In this document: positions 46,607 to 56,784 of the stretch, piece after piece | Numbering within the stretch: position 1 is the first letter of the stretch | How the letters are laid out: each line of letters starts with the position of its first letter | NCBI GenBank assembly: GCA_963817235.1 | Contig: CAWFNS010000006.1 | Location: 268,163-332,162 of the forward strand | DNA length: 64,000 bases | Source: an uncultured Actinomycetes bacterium | Lineage (GTDB): Bacteria > Actinomycetota > UBA4738 > HRBIN12 | Direction of reading: 5' to 3' | Program-made: the position numbers and the translations under genes | Notes under the pieces: model-generated | What the model saw: only the letters and a program-made list of their open reading frames with translations | What the model was told of the DNA's origin: nothing | The model's database searches: none

Positions 46607-48547
46607 TCAGCCGCCGAGCAGGACGCCGAGCAGCAGGAACACCGCGTAGATCGCGATCGCGCCGACCGTCAGGACCAGCCGCAGCTGTCGCGGGATCGGC
46701 GATCGACCGAAGCCGAAGTAGAGCAGCGGACCGACGAACGGCACCGCGAGGACGACCAGCATCCAGCGCGCCCGGTGCGTGATCGACGACGACTCCTGGC
46801 GGATCAGGTCCCACATCGCGATCGCGACCCACGAGGCGTACAGGACGAACGGCAGGATGTAGCCGTAGAGCCCCAGCAGGAGGCTCCACCACGAGGTTGC
46901 GAGCGGCATCCCCAACACGGCGATCTCCTTCGGAACGGTCTGGCCCGGCGTCGATCGGATCTCCTCGATCGGACGGATGCGGAAGGTCTGCGGGACGTTC
47001 TCGCCCGGGATCGCAGGGTTCGGCGGGGCGTTCGCAGGGTTGCCGGGCATCGACGGCTGTGGGGGCGGAGCCGGCTGCGTCCGCCAATCGCCGTGCGGGA
47101 ACGTGCCGTCCTGCGCGTCGAGGTAGCGGGTCAGCGCCTCGAGCGTCGGCGCCATCGAGCCGCCGCCGCCGGGGAACGGCCGGAACCCGCTGCAGGGGTA
47201 GAGCAGTTCGATCGCGGGCGGCTGGCTCGTCGCGTGCTGGTTGCCCGCGAAGCAGTCACCCCCGGCCGACGGCGCACCGAGTGCGAGATCGGCCAGGCCG
47301 CTGCGATGCACGACGTTGGCGGTCACGGCGTTGCCGCCGGTCGTCCACAGGTTCCGGTCGAGCATCGGAAGGACGACGATGCCGTACGTGCGCTGGTCCT
47401 CGACGAGGTTCCCGGTCACCTGGTCATCGCGCCCGCCCGTCACGAGGATCCCGATGCCGAACGACGGGTAGGTGAGCGCGAGCGTCGGCGCCGACCGGTT
47501 GTTGTTGTCGTGGACGTCGTTGCCCGCGATCAGGATGTCATGCTGCGGCGGCCCGGCCTCGGAGTCGAGCGTGTTCGGCACGATGCCCGCGAGGTTGCCG
47601 GTCCACTCGCTGTTCACGATCGCGAGGTCGCCGCCCGCGTTCGTGCCGCTGAAGCCGGCCGCGTTGTCCGTGCTGATCACGTCGGTGATGAGCGCATGGC
47701 ACGGATCGCACTGTCCGATGTAGAAGCCGGAGTCCGGAGACCCGCTCGCGTACGAGTGGTCGAACTGTCCGTAGTCGGAGCCGAAGGCGAAGATCCCGTA
47801 GTCGCCGTTGTCGTAGGCCGTGAGGTACGAGCCCCAGTAGCCATGGACGTCGTTCCAGTAGAACCCGTTCAGCGCGAACCGCCGAGCCGTGAGGTTCTGG
47901 ATCGAGACGCCGTCGGCGTCGAACACCGCGATCCCGTTCCCCTTCGTGAGGTCGCCGTCGAGGATCGTGCGGTTGCGATCCACTCCCCGGATCGTCAGGT
48001 AGGGCGTCGTGACGGTGACCGACTCGTGGTAGACGCCGGGGGCGATCAACACCAACCCTCCCGGCCGCGCATGGTCGACGCCCTCTTGGATCGTCGCGAA
48101 GTCCTGCGGCACGCGCACCGTCGCCGCGTACCGCGTCGGCGGCGGCTCGCGGCCGGGGCCAACCTCTCCGCTCGGTCCCGGGAGATCGACGCCGCCCACC
48201 AGCACCGTGCCGATCATGCCGACGCCCGGCGAGCCGTGGTACCTGCAGTAGTAGGGGTACACGCCGGGCTTCGTGAACGTCTGCTCGAACTCCCCGCCCG
48301 GCGTCAGGCGGCCCGAGTCCCACGAGCCGTCGTCGGCGGTCACCGTGTGATCCGCCCGGCCGTCCATGGTCCACTCGACCGACTGCCCCGGCTGGATCCG
48401 GACCACCTGCTGATCGAACGCGTCGTCGATCGCGCTCACCGTCGCGCCGTACCCCTCGTCCGCACGCGCGGGAGCCGCCGCCGCGAACACCGCCGGAACG
48501 ACCACCAGCAACGCGGTCAGGCCGCGAAGGACGGGTCGTCGCCTCAT
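46607..48547 (-). CDS. Secreted cupredoxin - right-handed parallel beta-helix (NosD-like) - PLDc_N membrane-anchor fusion protein
   Basis: C-terminal 647 codons of ORF 46607..49402. MRRRPVLRGLTALLVVVPAVFAAAAPARA signal; DHTV..YYCRYHGSPGVGMIGTVLV blue-copper ligand pattern; repeated beta-helix turns (NGIAVFDADGVSIQN.., GNDVHDNN..); C-terminal WVAIAMWDLI..RARWMLVVLAVPFVGPLLYFGFGR. Confidence 0.75.
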   Translation of the reverse strand: MRRRPVLRGLTALLVVVPAVFAAAAPARADEGYGATVSAIDDAFDQQVVRIQPGQSVEWTMDGRADHTVTADDGSWDSGRLTPGGEFEQTFTKPGVYPYYCRYHGSPGVGMIGTVLVGGVDLPGPSGEVGPGREPPPTRYAATVRVPQDFATIQEGVDHARPGGLVLIAPGVYHESVTVTTPYLTIRGVDRNRTILDGDLTKGNGIAVFDADGVSIQNLTARRFALNGFYWNDVHGYWGSYLTAYDNGDYGIFAFGSDYGQFDHSYASGSPDSGFYIGQCDPCHALITDVISTDNAAGFSGTNAGGDLAIVNSEWTGNLAGIVPNTLDSEAGPPQHDILIAGNDVHDNNNRSAPTLALTYPSFGIGILVTGGRDDQVTGNLVEDQRTYGIVVLPMLDRNLWTTGGNAVTANVVHRSGLADLALGAPSAGGDCFAGNQHATSQPPAIELLYPCSGFRPFPGGGGSMAPTLEALTRYLDAQDGTFPHGDWRTQPAPPPQPSMPGNPANAPPNPAIPGENVPQTFRIRPIEEIRSTPGQTVPKEIAVLGMPLATSWWSLLLGLYGYILPFVLYASWVAIAMWDLIRQESSSITHRARWMLVVLAVPFVGPLLYFGFGRSPIPRQLRLVLTVGAIAIYAVFLLLGVLLGG

Positions 48548-48571
48548 CGGCGCGGACCCTAGCATGGGCCC

Positions 48572-49972
48572 ATGGCCCCGGATCGCCTCACGAGCCTCGA
48601 CGCGAGCTTCCTGTACCTCGAGACGCCCGCGATGCACATGCACGTCGCCGGCGTCTCGCTGTTCGCGCCGCGGGAGGACGGTCCGCTGCGCTACGAGGAC
48701 GTCGTTCGCGTCGTCGAGGCGCGCCTGCACCTGGCGCCCCGACTCCGGCAGCGGGTGCTCCCCGTCCCCGGGAACCTCGCGCGTCCGCTCTGGGTCGACG
48801 ACGACCGGTTCGACCTGGACTTCCACCTGCGCCGCGCGGCGATCCCGGCCCCGGGTGGGCGGCTCCAGCTGGAGCGGGCGGTGGGGCGGGTGCTCTCGCG
48901 CCCGCTCGATCGCTCGAAGCCGCTGTGGGAGCTGTACGTCTACGAGGGCTTGGCGGAGGATCGAACCGCCGTCCTGCTGAAGCTCCACCATGCGCTCGCG
49001 GACGGCATCGGCGGCATGTTGATCGGCTCGGCCCTGTTCGATCTCCAACCGGACGCACCCCTCGGAGCGCCCGCCCAGCCGTGGGTCGCCGAACCGACGC
49101 CGTCGCGCGAGGAGATGGTCCGCGACGCGATCCGCGAGATGACGTCCCACCCGATCGAGACGTTCGCCGACGCGGCTCGGACGCCGCGACGCGCGCTCGA
49201 TTCGATCGGACGCACCCTGTCGGGGATGGGCTCGATCGTCGGGATGGGAGCCGCCCCCCGTGGTCCCTTCGACGCGAAGATCGAGCCGGCTCGACGCTTC
49301 GCGACCGCCGAGGTCGCGTTCGAACGGCTGCGCGCGATCAAGCGCACGCTCGGGGGAACGGTGAACGACGTCGTGCTGACCGCGGTCGCGATCGGTCTGC
49401 ATGCGCTGCTGGCCGCCCGCGGCGACACGACGAAGGGACGAACGCTGCGCGTGATGGTGCCGGTCTCGGTCCGATCGCGCGCCGAGGCGGGCGACGTCGG
49501 GAACCGCGTCGCCCCGGCGTTCGTCGAGATCCCGGTCGGGCGCATGACGCCTCGCTCGCGCTTGTCGAAGGTTCGCGCGGCGACCGAGGAGCTGAAGTCA
49601 GGCTCGATGGCCGTGTCCGCGGACGCGATCATCGGCCTCGGCGCGTACGCACCGCCGGCGCTGCACGCCGCGGCGGCCCGGCTCGTCTCTCGCGGGCGAT
49701 GGTTCAATCTCGTCGTGTCGAACGTGCCGGCGCCGCAGGTGCCGCTCTACCTTGGGGGCGCGCGCCTGGTGGCGAGCTATCCGGCGATGCCGCTCGGCGA
49801 GACGTGCGGATTGTCGGTCGCGTGCACCTCGTTGGGCGGCACGATGGCGTTCGGGCTCACCGCGGACTGGGACGTCCTGAAGGACATCGACATCCTGGCA
49901 CGCGGGATCGAGCGCGGCGTGGACGACCTCGAAGCGGCCGCCGCGAGCAGGCTCGGAGCGCGCGCCGGTTGA
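48572..49972 (+). CDS. Wax ester synthase/diacylglycerol acyltransferase (WS/DGAT)
   Basis: Intact 466 aa; catalytic HHALADG motif; SLDASFLYLETP N-terminus; C-terminal NVPAPQVPLY. Confidence 0.9.
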   Translation: MAPDRLTSLDASFLYLETPAMHMHVAGVSLFAPREDGPLRYEDVVRVVEARLHLAPRLRQRVLPVPGNLARPLWVDDDRFDLDFHLRRAAIPAPGGRLQLERAVGRVLSRPLDRSKPLWELYVYEGLAEDRTAVLLKLHHALADGIGGMLIGSALFDLQPDAPLGAPAQPWVAEPTPSREEMVRDAIREMTSHPIETFADAARTPRRALDSIGRTLSGMGSIVGMGAAPRGPFDAKIEPARRFATAEVAFERLRAIKRTLGGTVNDVVLTAVAIGLHALLAARGDTTKGRTLRVMVPVSVRSRAEAGDVGNRVAPAFVEIPVGRMTPRSRLSKVRAATEELKSGSMAVSADAIIGLGAYAPPALHAAAARLVSRGRWFNLVVSNVPAPQVPLYLGGARLVASYPAMPLGETCGLSVACTSLGGTMAFGLTADWDVLKDIDILARGIERGVDDLEAAAASRLGARAG

Positions 49973-49973
49973 G

Positions 49974-50865
49974 CTAGCGGATGGTGGCCGCGTGCCACTC
50001 CGCCACCTCGGCGAGCCAGCGAGCGGGCGCTTCCATGTGCGGCACGTGACCGACCGCCGGCAGGATCCGTCCACGCCATCCGGGGTGCTGCGCGAGGGCG
50101 GCCTCGGCGAACGCTGCCGGCACGAAGCGGTCCTGCCTTCCGTGGATCACGAGCACCGGGCTCCGGACGGCGTCCATCGCTCGCCGGCCGACGGCCGGAT
50201 CGCGGACGTAGCGGATGATCGATCGGGCCGCTTCGACGAAGGACCGGGGGAGGTCGGGGTCGTCCCGTGTCTCGCGGAGCAGCTCGACCTGGAGGCGGAC
50301 GACGTCCTGCGGGATCCGGCCGGGATCGACGGTCAGCAGGCGGAGGCTGAACGCGACCACGGCCTCCGGGTCGACGGCTCGGCGGCGGCCCGCCACGATC
50401 CGCTCGCCCAGCCACCGCGAGTCGTAGAGCGCGAACGTTCCGAGGACGAGCGGATGGGGCCGGCCCCCCCGCGCCCACGGGAACACCGACGAGGTCGCGA
50501 CGAGCCCCCGAACCCTCGAGGGCTCCACCGCGCCTTCGAGGAACCCGATCGCGCCGCCCATCGAGTTCCCGGCCACGATCACGGGTCCGGCGTCGACCGC
50601 ATCGAGGAACCCCGAGAGCGCCGCCCGCGAGTCCATGAGCCTCGTCCCGCGGGCGCCTCGAGGCGACCGCCCGAACCCGGGGAGGTCGGGCGCTAGCACC
50701 CGACCGAGTCCCGCGAGGCCCGGAGCCGCCTCGACCCAGTTCAGGTGCGAGCCGCCGAGCCCGTGGAGCAGGACGAACGTCGTCCCGGGCGGTCCGTCCC
50801 ATTCCCGATACGACGACCGGGCCGTCGACGTCCGCGGTCCGCAGAGGAGGCAGGTCCGATGCCAT
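49974..50865 (-). CDS. Alpha/beta hydrolase; 1 frame break (~50825)
   Basis: MASDLPPLRTADVDG (ORF 49777..51087), then RSSYREWDGPPGTTFVLLHGLGGSHLNW..APDLPGFGRSP..GNSMGG..GHVPHME (ORF 49974..50699). Confidence 0.75.
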
Positions 50866-51205
50866 CGGGGGCAGCCTATCCAGGCCCCTCGGCAACGACG
50901 CCGAGATCTCCACGTGACCGGCGGTCATCCCGGGCATATCTCGCACCCCGTCGAACGTTGTAGGCAAGGATGGCGAAGGCCGGGAAAGGGATCGTGACCG
51001 GGGGTCGAAGCGGCCTTCACACGACCTCCATACGTCCTGAGCTTTACAGATAGGAAGGGAGCGCCTACCATGGCTGGCGAGCGGCAAAGGCGTTTCTGCA
51101 CGTCATCCCAGTCAGGGCCGCTCGTCACAGGAACGACCCCGAGTTCCCAGGATCGCAACGCTGTGCCCTGCAGCGGAGCGGTCCCGGACAGGAGCGTGAT
51201 ACGAA

Positions 51206-52141
51206 GTGCCTGAGCCGGCGCGTCCCCTTGGGACCGACGACGCTGACGATCTCCGCCTCTACCTCGAGGCTGCGGCTCGCGAGCCGCTGCTGACGAAGGA
51301 GGAAGAGGTGGAGCTCGCCATGACCATCGAAGGCGGCAAGGAGGCGGAGGACCGTCTCCGCGCCGGGCGCCTTCGGTCCGAGAAGAGCATCGCGAAGGCG
51401 CGAGCCGACGTCCGCAAGGCCGAGGCGGCCCGCCAGCGCTTCATCATGGCCAACCTGCGGCTGGTCGTCTCCGTGGCCCGGAAGTACCAGGGTCAGGGGC
51501 TGCCGCTGCTCGACCTGATCCAGGAAGGGAACATCGGGCTCATGCGTGCCGTCGAGCTGTTCGACTGGCGCCGCGGGTTCAAGTTCTCCACCTACGCCAC
51601 CTGGTGGATCCGCCAGGGGATCACGCGTGCGATCGCCGATCGCTCGCGCTCGATCCGCCTGCCGGTGCACATCCACGATCGTCTCCGCAAGCTGAACCGC
51701 ACCCGGTTCCAGTTCGCGCAGTCGATGGGGCGCGAGCCCACGCGCGAGGAGCTGGCGAAGGCGCTCGACACCACGGTGGACGAGATCGACGACCTCACCG
51801 AGATGGGCCGCCGCGAGCCGCTGTCCTTGCAGTCCCCGGTCGGGGAGGACACGGAGCTCGGCGACCTGATCGAGGAGATCGACTCCGACGCCGCCTTCAA
51901 CGAGGTCGAGGACCAGCTGCTCCGCGAAGAGATCGGCGGCGCGGTCGACAAGGTGCTGGACGAGCGCGAGCGCCACGTCGTCGCGCTGCGGTACGGCCTC
52001 GAGAACGGGCAGCCACTGAGCCTGCGCGAGACCGGGAAGGTGCTCGGCCTGTCCGGCGAGCGGGTCCGCCTGATCGAGCGTGAGGCGCTGCGGAAGCTCC
52101 GCGACTCGAACCTCATCAACGCGGTGGCGCTCGGCGGCTGA
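51206..52141 (+). CDS. RpoD-like sigma-70 factor (group 1/2-type regions 1.2-4, no long region 1.1)
   Basis: Intact 311 aa, GTG start; [53 protein letters not shown]; region 4 [28 protein letters not shown]. Confidence 0.9.
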   Translation: MPEPARPLGTDDADDLRLYLEAAAREPLLTKEEEVELAMTIEGGKEAEDRLRAGRLRSEKSIAKARADVRKAEAARQRFIMANLRLVVSVARKYQGQGLPLLDLIQEGNIGLMRAVELFDWRRGFKFSTYATWWIRQGITRAIADRSRSIRLPVHIHDRLRKLNRTRFQFAQSMGREPTREELAKALDTTVDEIDDLTEMGRREPLSLQSPVGEDTELGDLIEEIDSDAAFNEVEDQLLREEIGGAVDKVLDERERHVVALRYGLENGQPLSLRETGKVLGLSGERVRLIEREALRKLRDSNLINAVALGG

Positions 52142-52168
52142 GCCGCCGAGCGACACGACCGAACCACA

Positions 52169-52196
52169 GGAAGGGCCGCCGGCAGGCGGCCCTTCC
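52169..52196 (+). terminator. Strong intrinsic-terminator-like hairpin after sigma factor gene (12-bp perfect stem, 4-nt loop, no U-tract)
   Basis: GGAAGGGCCGCC-ggca-GGCGGCCCTTCC verified by reverse complement; starts 28 nt after the stop codon. Confidence 0.7.
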
Positions 52197-52253
52197 GCCT
52201 CTCCACGTCGGTGTGTAGGGCCCGGCGCGCGGGTCGGCGATACTGAGCGGGGA

Positions 52254-54226
52254 ATGGATCGCTCGAGCCCGTCGCGCATGAGAGCGCCGGTCGTCCTCGT
52301 GATCGGTGTCCTCGTGGCCGCGTGCACGGCTGTGGCCACGACCGGCGGCGCCCTGGCGTCCGGCTCCTCGCCCGCTGCGACGGTCGTCGGCGCATTCGTC
52401 CGGGTGAACCAGGTCGGCTATCCGTCGGCGGACGCGAAGCGCGCGTACCTGCTCGCAAGCGTTCCCGAGACGGGCGCGACGTTCGTGCTCTCGAACGGCT
52501 CGACGGACGTGTTCGGCGGTCCGATCGGTCCCGATCGCGGCAGGTGGAGCGCCGCCTTCCCGCACGTGTACGTCCTCGACTTCGATGGGGTCACGACCCC
52601 GGGTACCTACACGATCGAGGTGACTGGCCCGCGCGCCGCCACCTCCCCGCCGTTCCGGATCGACGCCGGCCCCGCGGTCGACGCCGATGCGATCGCGAAC
52701 GCCCTGTCCTTCTACCGGAACGAGCGTGACGGGGTCGCGTCGCCGGGAGCGCCGCTGCCGACCACAGGCGGGTCACCTGCACGATCGCAACGCGATGACC
52801 TACGCGACGCCCCGCTACGACGCCGACAGCGGCGAGTTCCGGGGGTCGTTGCATGCGCTCGGCACGCGGATCCGCGCGTCCGGCGGCTGGTGGGATGCCG
52901 GCGACTACCTGAAGTTCGTGGAGACGACCGGCTACACCGACGCGATCCTGCTGTCGGGTATCCGGGACCTCCCCGCGCAGATGGGCGCGGGGTCGCCGTC
53001 GGACTTCACGCGGGAGGCCCGGTTCGGAACGGACTGGCTCCTGCGGATGTGGGACGACCGGACCCGCACGCTCTACTACCAGGTGGGGATCGGCGAAGGG
53101 AACGACACGACCGCCGGCGACCACGACATCTGGCGGCTCCCGCAGGCCGACGATCACTACCACCGGAGGGATCCGACGTTCCGCTTCATCCGTCACCGGC
53201 CGGTCTTCCGGGCGGGCCCCCCGGGGTCGCCGGTCAGCCCGAACCTCGCCGGCCGCGACGCGGCGGCCTTCGCCGAGTGCTTCCAGGTGTTCGCGGGCGA
53301 GCGATCCGGCGTTCGCGGCGCGGTGCCTGCGTGCGGCCGAGCACATCTTCGACCTGGCCGACACGCACCCGCGCGGTCACCTGCTGACGGTGATCCCGTT
53401 CTCGTTCTACCCGGAGCAAGAGTGGCGCGACGATCTGGAATGGGGTGCGACGGAGCTCGCGCTTGGCCCTCCACGGCGGGCACCTGCCGCACGGTCTGCC
53501 GCACACCAACCCCCGGTACTACCTGCGCCGGGCGGCGCACTGGGCCGCCGCGTACATCGCCGGTCCGAACGACGCCGCCGATCCGCTGAACCTCTACGAC
53601 GTCGCGGGCATCGCGCATCCCGACCTGATCCGTGCGATCGCGCAGGGTGGCCACCCGGCCGGGCTCGCCGTCTCGAGGAGACGAAGCTCCTGGCCGACAT
53701 GCGGACGGTGCTGAACGCGGCGGTGCGGCTCGGTACGGGCGATCCGTTCGGTTTCGGGTTCCCGTGGGACGTCTGGGACACGACCTCCCACGGCGCCGGC
53801 CTCTCGGTGATGGCCAGCGAGTACGACCAGCTGACCGGGACGTCGCGCTACGCCGTGAACGCGGACCGCTGGCTCGGGAACATCCTGGGCGCGAACGCCT
53901 GGGGCCTCTCGCTGATCGTCGGCGACGGCACCGTGTTCCCGCATTGCCTCCAACATCAGGTGGCGAACATGCAGGGTTCACTCGACGGATCCGGGCCGGT
54001 GCTCGCCGGCGCCGCCGTCGAGGGACCGAACTCGGAGCCGGTGTCGGGCCTCGTCGACGGGATGCGGCGCTGCCCGGTGCACGGCGTCGACCGGTTCGCG
54101 CGGTTCAACGGCAGCGGTGCCCAGTTCCGCGACAACGTGCAGTCCTACGACAACACGGAGCCCGCGATCGACCTGACCGCCACGTCGCCGCTCGCGTTCG
54201 CGAGACAGGCCGCCGGGATCAGGTGA
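52254..54226 (+). pseudogene. Glycoside hydrolase family 9 endoglucanase with N-terminal Ig-like (CelD_N) domain, about 4 frame breaks (~52750, ~53300, ~53465, ~53675)
   Basis: MDRSSPSRMRAPVVLVIGVLVAAC..VRVNQVGYPS..YTIEV (ORF 52080..53387); AGHLHDRNAM..GGWWDAGDYLKF..DHDIWRLP (52687..53589); DPAFAARCLRAAEHIFDLAD..YPEQEWRDDLEWGATELA (53390..); LHGG..YYLRRAAHWA (53445..53714); ..FGFPWDVWDTTSHGAG..GAAVEGPN..YDNTEPAIDL (53390..54226). Confidence 0.75.
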
Positions 54227-54757
54227 CGTCGGGCGCGCGGGGCGCGGTCCGACGCACCAGCACGACGACGCCGACGGCGAGCAACGACAGGATCGCCGCG
54301 ACGCCGAGGGCAGCGAGCCAGGCCCGCGCGGAGATCCGTTCGATCGGTCGGGCCGCCCTCCGAGCGGAGCCTGGCAGACCCGGGCGGCGTTCCGGGCCGA
54401 GCTGACCGCCGTGACGCGGCGGCCGGAGCCGACGGCCGCCGACGGTGGCGACACCCGCGACCTGCGCGCCGTCGACGTCGACGATCCGGAAGGGGACGAG
54501 GCTGGCGCCCGAGGTGCCGGGAGCAGGCGCGGGCGCTCCGACCTCGATCGTGTCCAGACGGCCGGGGTCGAGGCGCTGCCATCCCGGCACGAGTTGCTCG
54601 CGACAGGCCGGCCGGCGCGTACCGATCCGGGCCTGCCGGCCGCTCCTTGGTTCAGCGAGAGCAGCCATCGTTCGACGATGCCTTCGGGTCGCTCCCTGGC
54701 GGCGCACGCCGGCAACAGCACCAGCAGGACGGCGCCGACGATCGCGACGCGCTTCAC
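54219..54757 (-). CDS. Hypothetical lipoprotein/membrane protein, at least 2 frame breaks
   Basis: GTG 54757 overlaps MFS stop (GTGA). VKRVAIVGAVLLVLLPAC lipobox, later LVPGWQRLDPGRLDTIEVG..LVPFRIVDVDGAQVAGV.. and C-terminal TM WLAALGVAAILSLLAVGVVVLV in ORF 54219..54707. Overlaps the GH9 3' end by 8 nt. Confidence 0.35.
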
Positions 54758-56025
54758 GCCGTCGCCACCGCCTCGTCCATCGCGACCATGTCCTCGGCGT
54801 TCGTTTCCGGGACGAAGAGCCAGCACACGAGCATCGAGGCGGGCAGCATCGCGACGGTCACGAGCGCCATCGCGTCGCCGATCGATCCGATCGGCCCGGT
54901 CACGTGGTCGCCGAGCAGGCCGACGGTGAGGGCGCCGAGCACACCGCCCGGGATCTCGAACGCGTTGCGGCACCAGGCCGCCGCGCGCGAGCGCACGTAC
55001 GTCGGGAACGGTTCGGTGGCGAACGCCGACGTCATCGCGACGGAGCCGAGCCCGAAGAAGATCCCGACGCACAGCACCGGGAGCATCACGAGCGGGGTAT
55101 GGATCTGGAAGGTCAGCGTGCCGAACACGAGCGCCCCCGCCATGTACACCTCGAACATCCGTTTCCGGCCGAAGCGGTCCATCAGCCGGCCGGCCACGAG
55201 GAAGCCGAGCGCGCCCACGACGCCGGCCGCCGCGAGGAAGAGCCCCGACCGGGACACGCTCAAACCCACCTCCTGCTGGGCGTAGTACGCCCACCAGAAC
55301 GCGCCGGCCGAGACGACGAAGTAGCGGAAGAAGGTCACGAGGCCGACGGCCACGACCACGCTCCGGTAGGCCGGTCGCCAGGGTTCGAGGAGCGAGGCGT
55401 GATCCAGCCCCGCGCTCCGCTCGTCGCTCCGAACCGCCTCGTAGCGCTCGGTCTCGAGCATCGAACGACGACCCCACGCGATGAGGAGCAGCGGCACGAG
55501 GCCCACCACGAAGAAGGCTCGCCAGCCGAGCGCCGTGTCCTGCAGCCCGATGAACGCGAGGACGCCGACGAAGATCCCGCCGAGCGTGTTCATGGACGTC
55601 ACGATGCCGAGCGCGCGCCCGCGATGCGTGCGCGGGAACTCCTCGACGACGATCGTGATCGCGACCGCCCACTCGGCGCCGAGGAAGACCTGGGCCGAGA
55701 ACTGCGCCGCCGTCAGCCACAGGAGACCGGGCGACAGGGCGGTGAGGGCTGCCGAGACCGTGTAGCCGACGATCGTGATCAGCAGGAGCCGCTTGCGTCC
55801 GACCCGATCGGCCTGCGCCGCGAGACCGAACGCGACGACGGCCCCGAGCGACGTGATCGCGCGGATCCAGCCGGCGTCGGCCTCGCTCCCCCCGAGGTCG
55901 CCGAGCACGAGCGCCAGGACGAACGCGAGGACGAAGTTGTCGTAGCCCTCGAAGAACGTGGCGGAGGACAAGAGCAGGAGGAGCCGGCGGCGGTAGCGTT
56001 CGCCGCGCTCCTCGTGCTCGCTCAC
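54754..56025 (-). CDS. MFS transporter
   Basis: Intact 423 aa, GTG start overlapping plsC stop. ..ADRVGRKRLLL.. and ..GRLMDRFGRKRM.. MFS loop motifs, 12 TM. Confidence 0.85.
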   Translation of the reverse strand: MSEHEERGERYRRRLLLLLSSATFFEGYDNFVLAFVLALVLGDLGGSEADAGWIRAITSLGAVVAFGLAAQADRVGRKRLLLITIVGYTVSAALTALSPGLLWLTAAQFSAQVFLGAEWAVAITIVVEEFPRTHRGRALGIVTSMNTLGGIFVGVLAFIGLQDTALGWRAFFVVGLVPLLLIAWGRRSMLETERYEAVRSDERSAGLDHASLLEPWRPAYRSVVVAVGLVTFFRYFVVSAGAFWWAYYAQQEVGLSVSRSGLFLAAAGVVGALGFLVAGRLMDRFGRKRMFEVYMAGALVFGTLTFQIHTPLVMLPVLCVGIFFGLGSVAMTSAFATEPFPTYVRSRAAAWCRNAFEIPGGVLGALTVGLLGDHVTGPIGSIGDAMALVTVAMLPASMLVCWLFVPETNAEDMVAMDEAVATA

Positions 56026-56049
56026 CCCAGGCTCACCCCAGGCTCACCC
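56021..56049. repeat. 11-bp tandem repeat (ctcaccccagg x2 plus partial third copy) at the plsC stop / MFS start junction
   Basis: Read directly. On the minus strand it gives three GGTGAGC copies, i.e. three candidate GTG(A) junctions; unit length is not a multiple of 3. Confidence 0.8.
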
Positions 56050-56703
56050 GAGAGCCGCATCGCCTCGCGCACCTGCACCTCCAGGTGGTCGTGGATGCGG
56101 TCGACGAACGCGTCGAGGTCATCGCCCCCGGCGTCGCCGACCGGGAGGATCGGCGCGCCGTACACGATCGCGAGGCGCGGGCGGAGCGGGCGTCCCCAGT
56201 GGATGCCGGCCTTCGGCCACCGCCGGTTCGTTCCCCAGATGCCCACGGGCACGACGGGGGCGCCGGTCGGCAGCGCGATGCGCGCGATGCCCGAGCGGAT
56301 CCGAAGGAGATCCGGGGGATCGGGATTGACCGTCCCCTCCGGTGCGATCGCGACGAGCAGGCCGTCCTTCAGCGCGGCGAGCGCGTGCTCGAGCGCGTCG
56401 GTGTCTCCCTCGCCGCGCCGGATCGGGATCTGGTGGAAGCGGCGGAGGATCCAGCCGAAGAACGGCCGCTCGAAGAACTCGGCCGCGACCACGAACCGCG
56501 TCTCGCGCCGGGTCCGGCGACTGGTCTCGATCGCCAGCACGGGACCGTCGAGCGTGCTCACGTGGTTGAAGACGAGGATCGCGGGTCCGCCGAGCGGGAT
56601 GTGCTCGAGGCCCTTCGACCCGGCGTCGGAACAGCAGACGCACGAGCGGCGCGACGATCGGGAGGCCGAAGCGCCACCAGCGGTTCAGCTCACCCGCGGC
56701 CAT
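56022..56703 (-). CDS. plsC: 1-acyl-sn-glycerol-3-phosphate acyltransferase (lysophospholipid acyltransferase); 1 frame break (~56610)
   Basis: MAAGELNRWWRFGLPIVAPLVRLLFRRRVEG (ORF 56119..57234), then LEHIPLGGPAILVFNHVSTLDGPVL (HX4D) ..AIAPEGT.. (ORF 56022..56561). Confidence 0.8.
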
Positions 56704-56784
56704 CGGGCGGATGCTACCGCCGCAGACCCGGCGCCGCGCCGCCGCCGCGGTTCGCCGCTCGTGCGGCGTGCTAGCGTCGCGCGG

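Noticed and set aside
51070-51213. 47-codon upstream ORF overlapping the sigma factor start, and minus-strand ORF 50925..51158
   Set aside because: Third-position GC is clearly lower than in the real genes here. There is no RBS and no recognisable family. I treated the region as non-coding.
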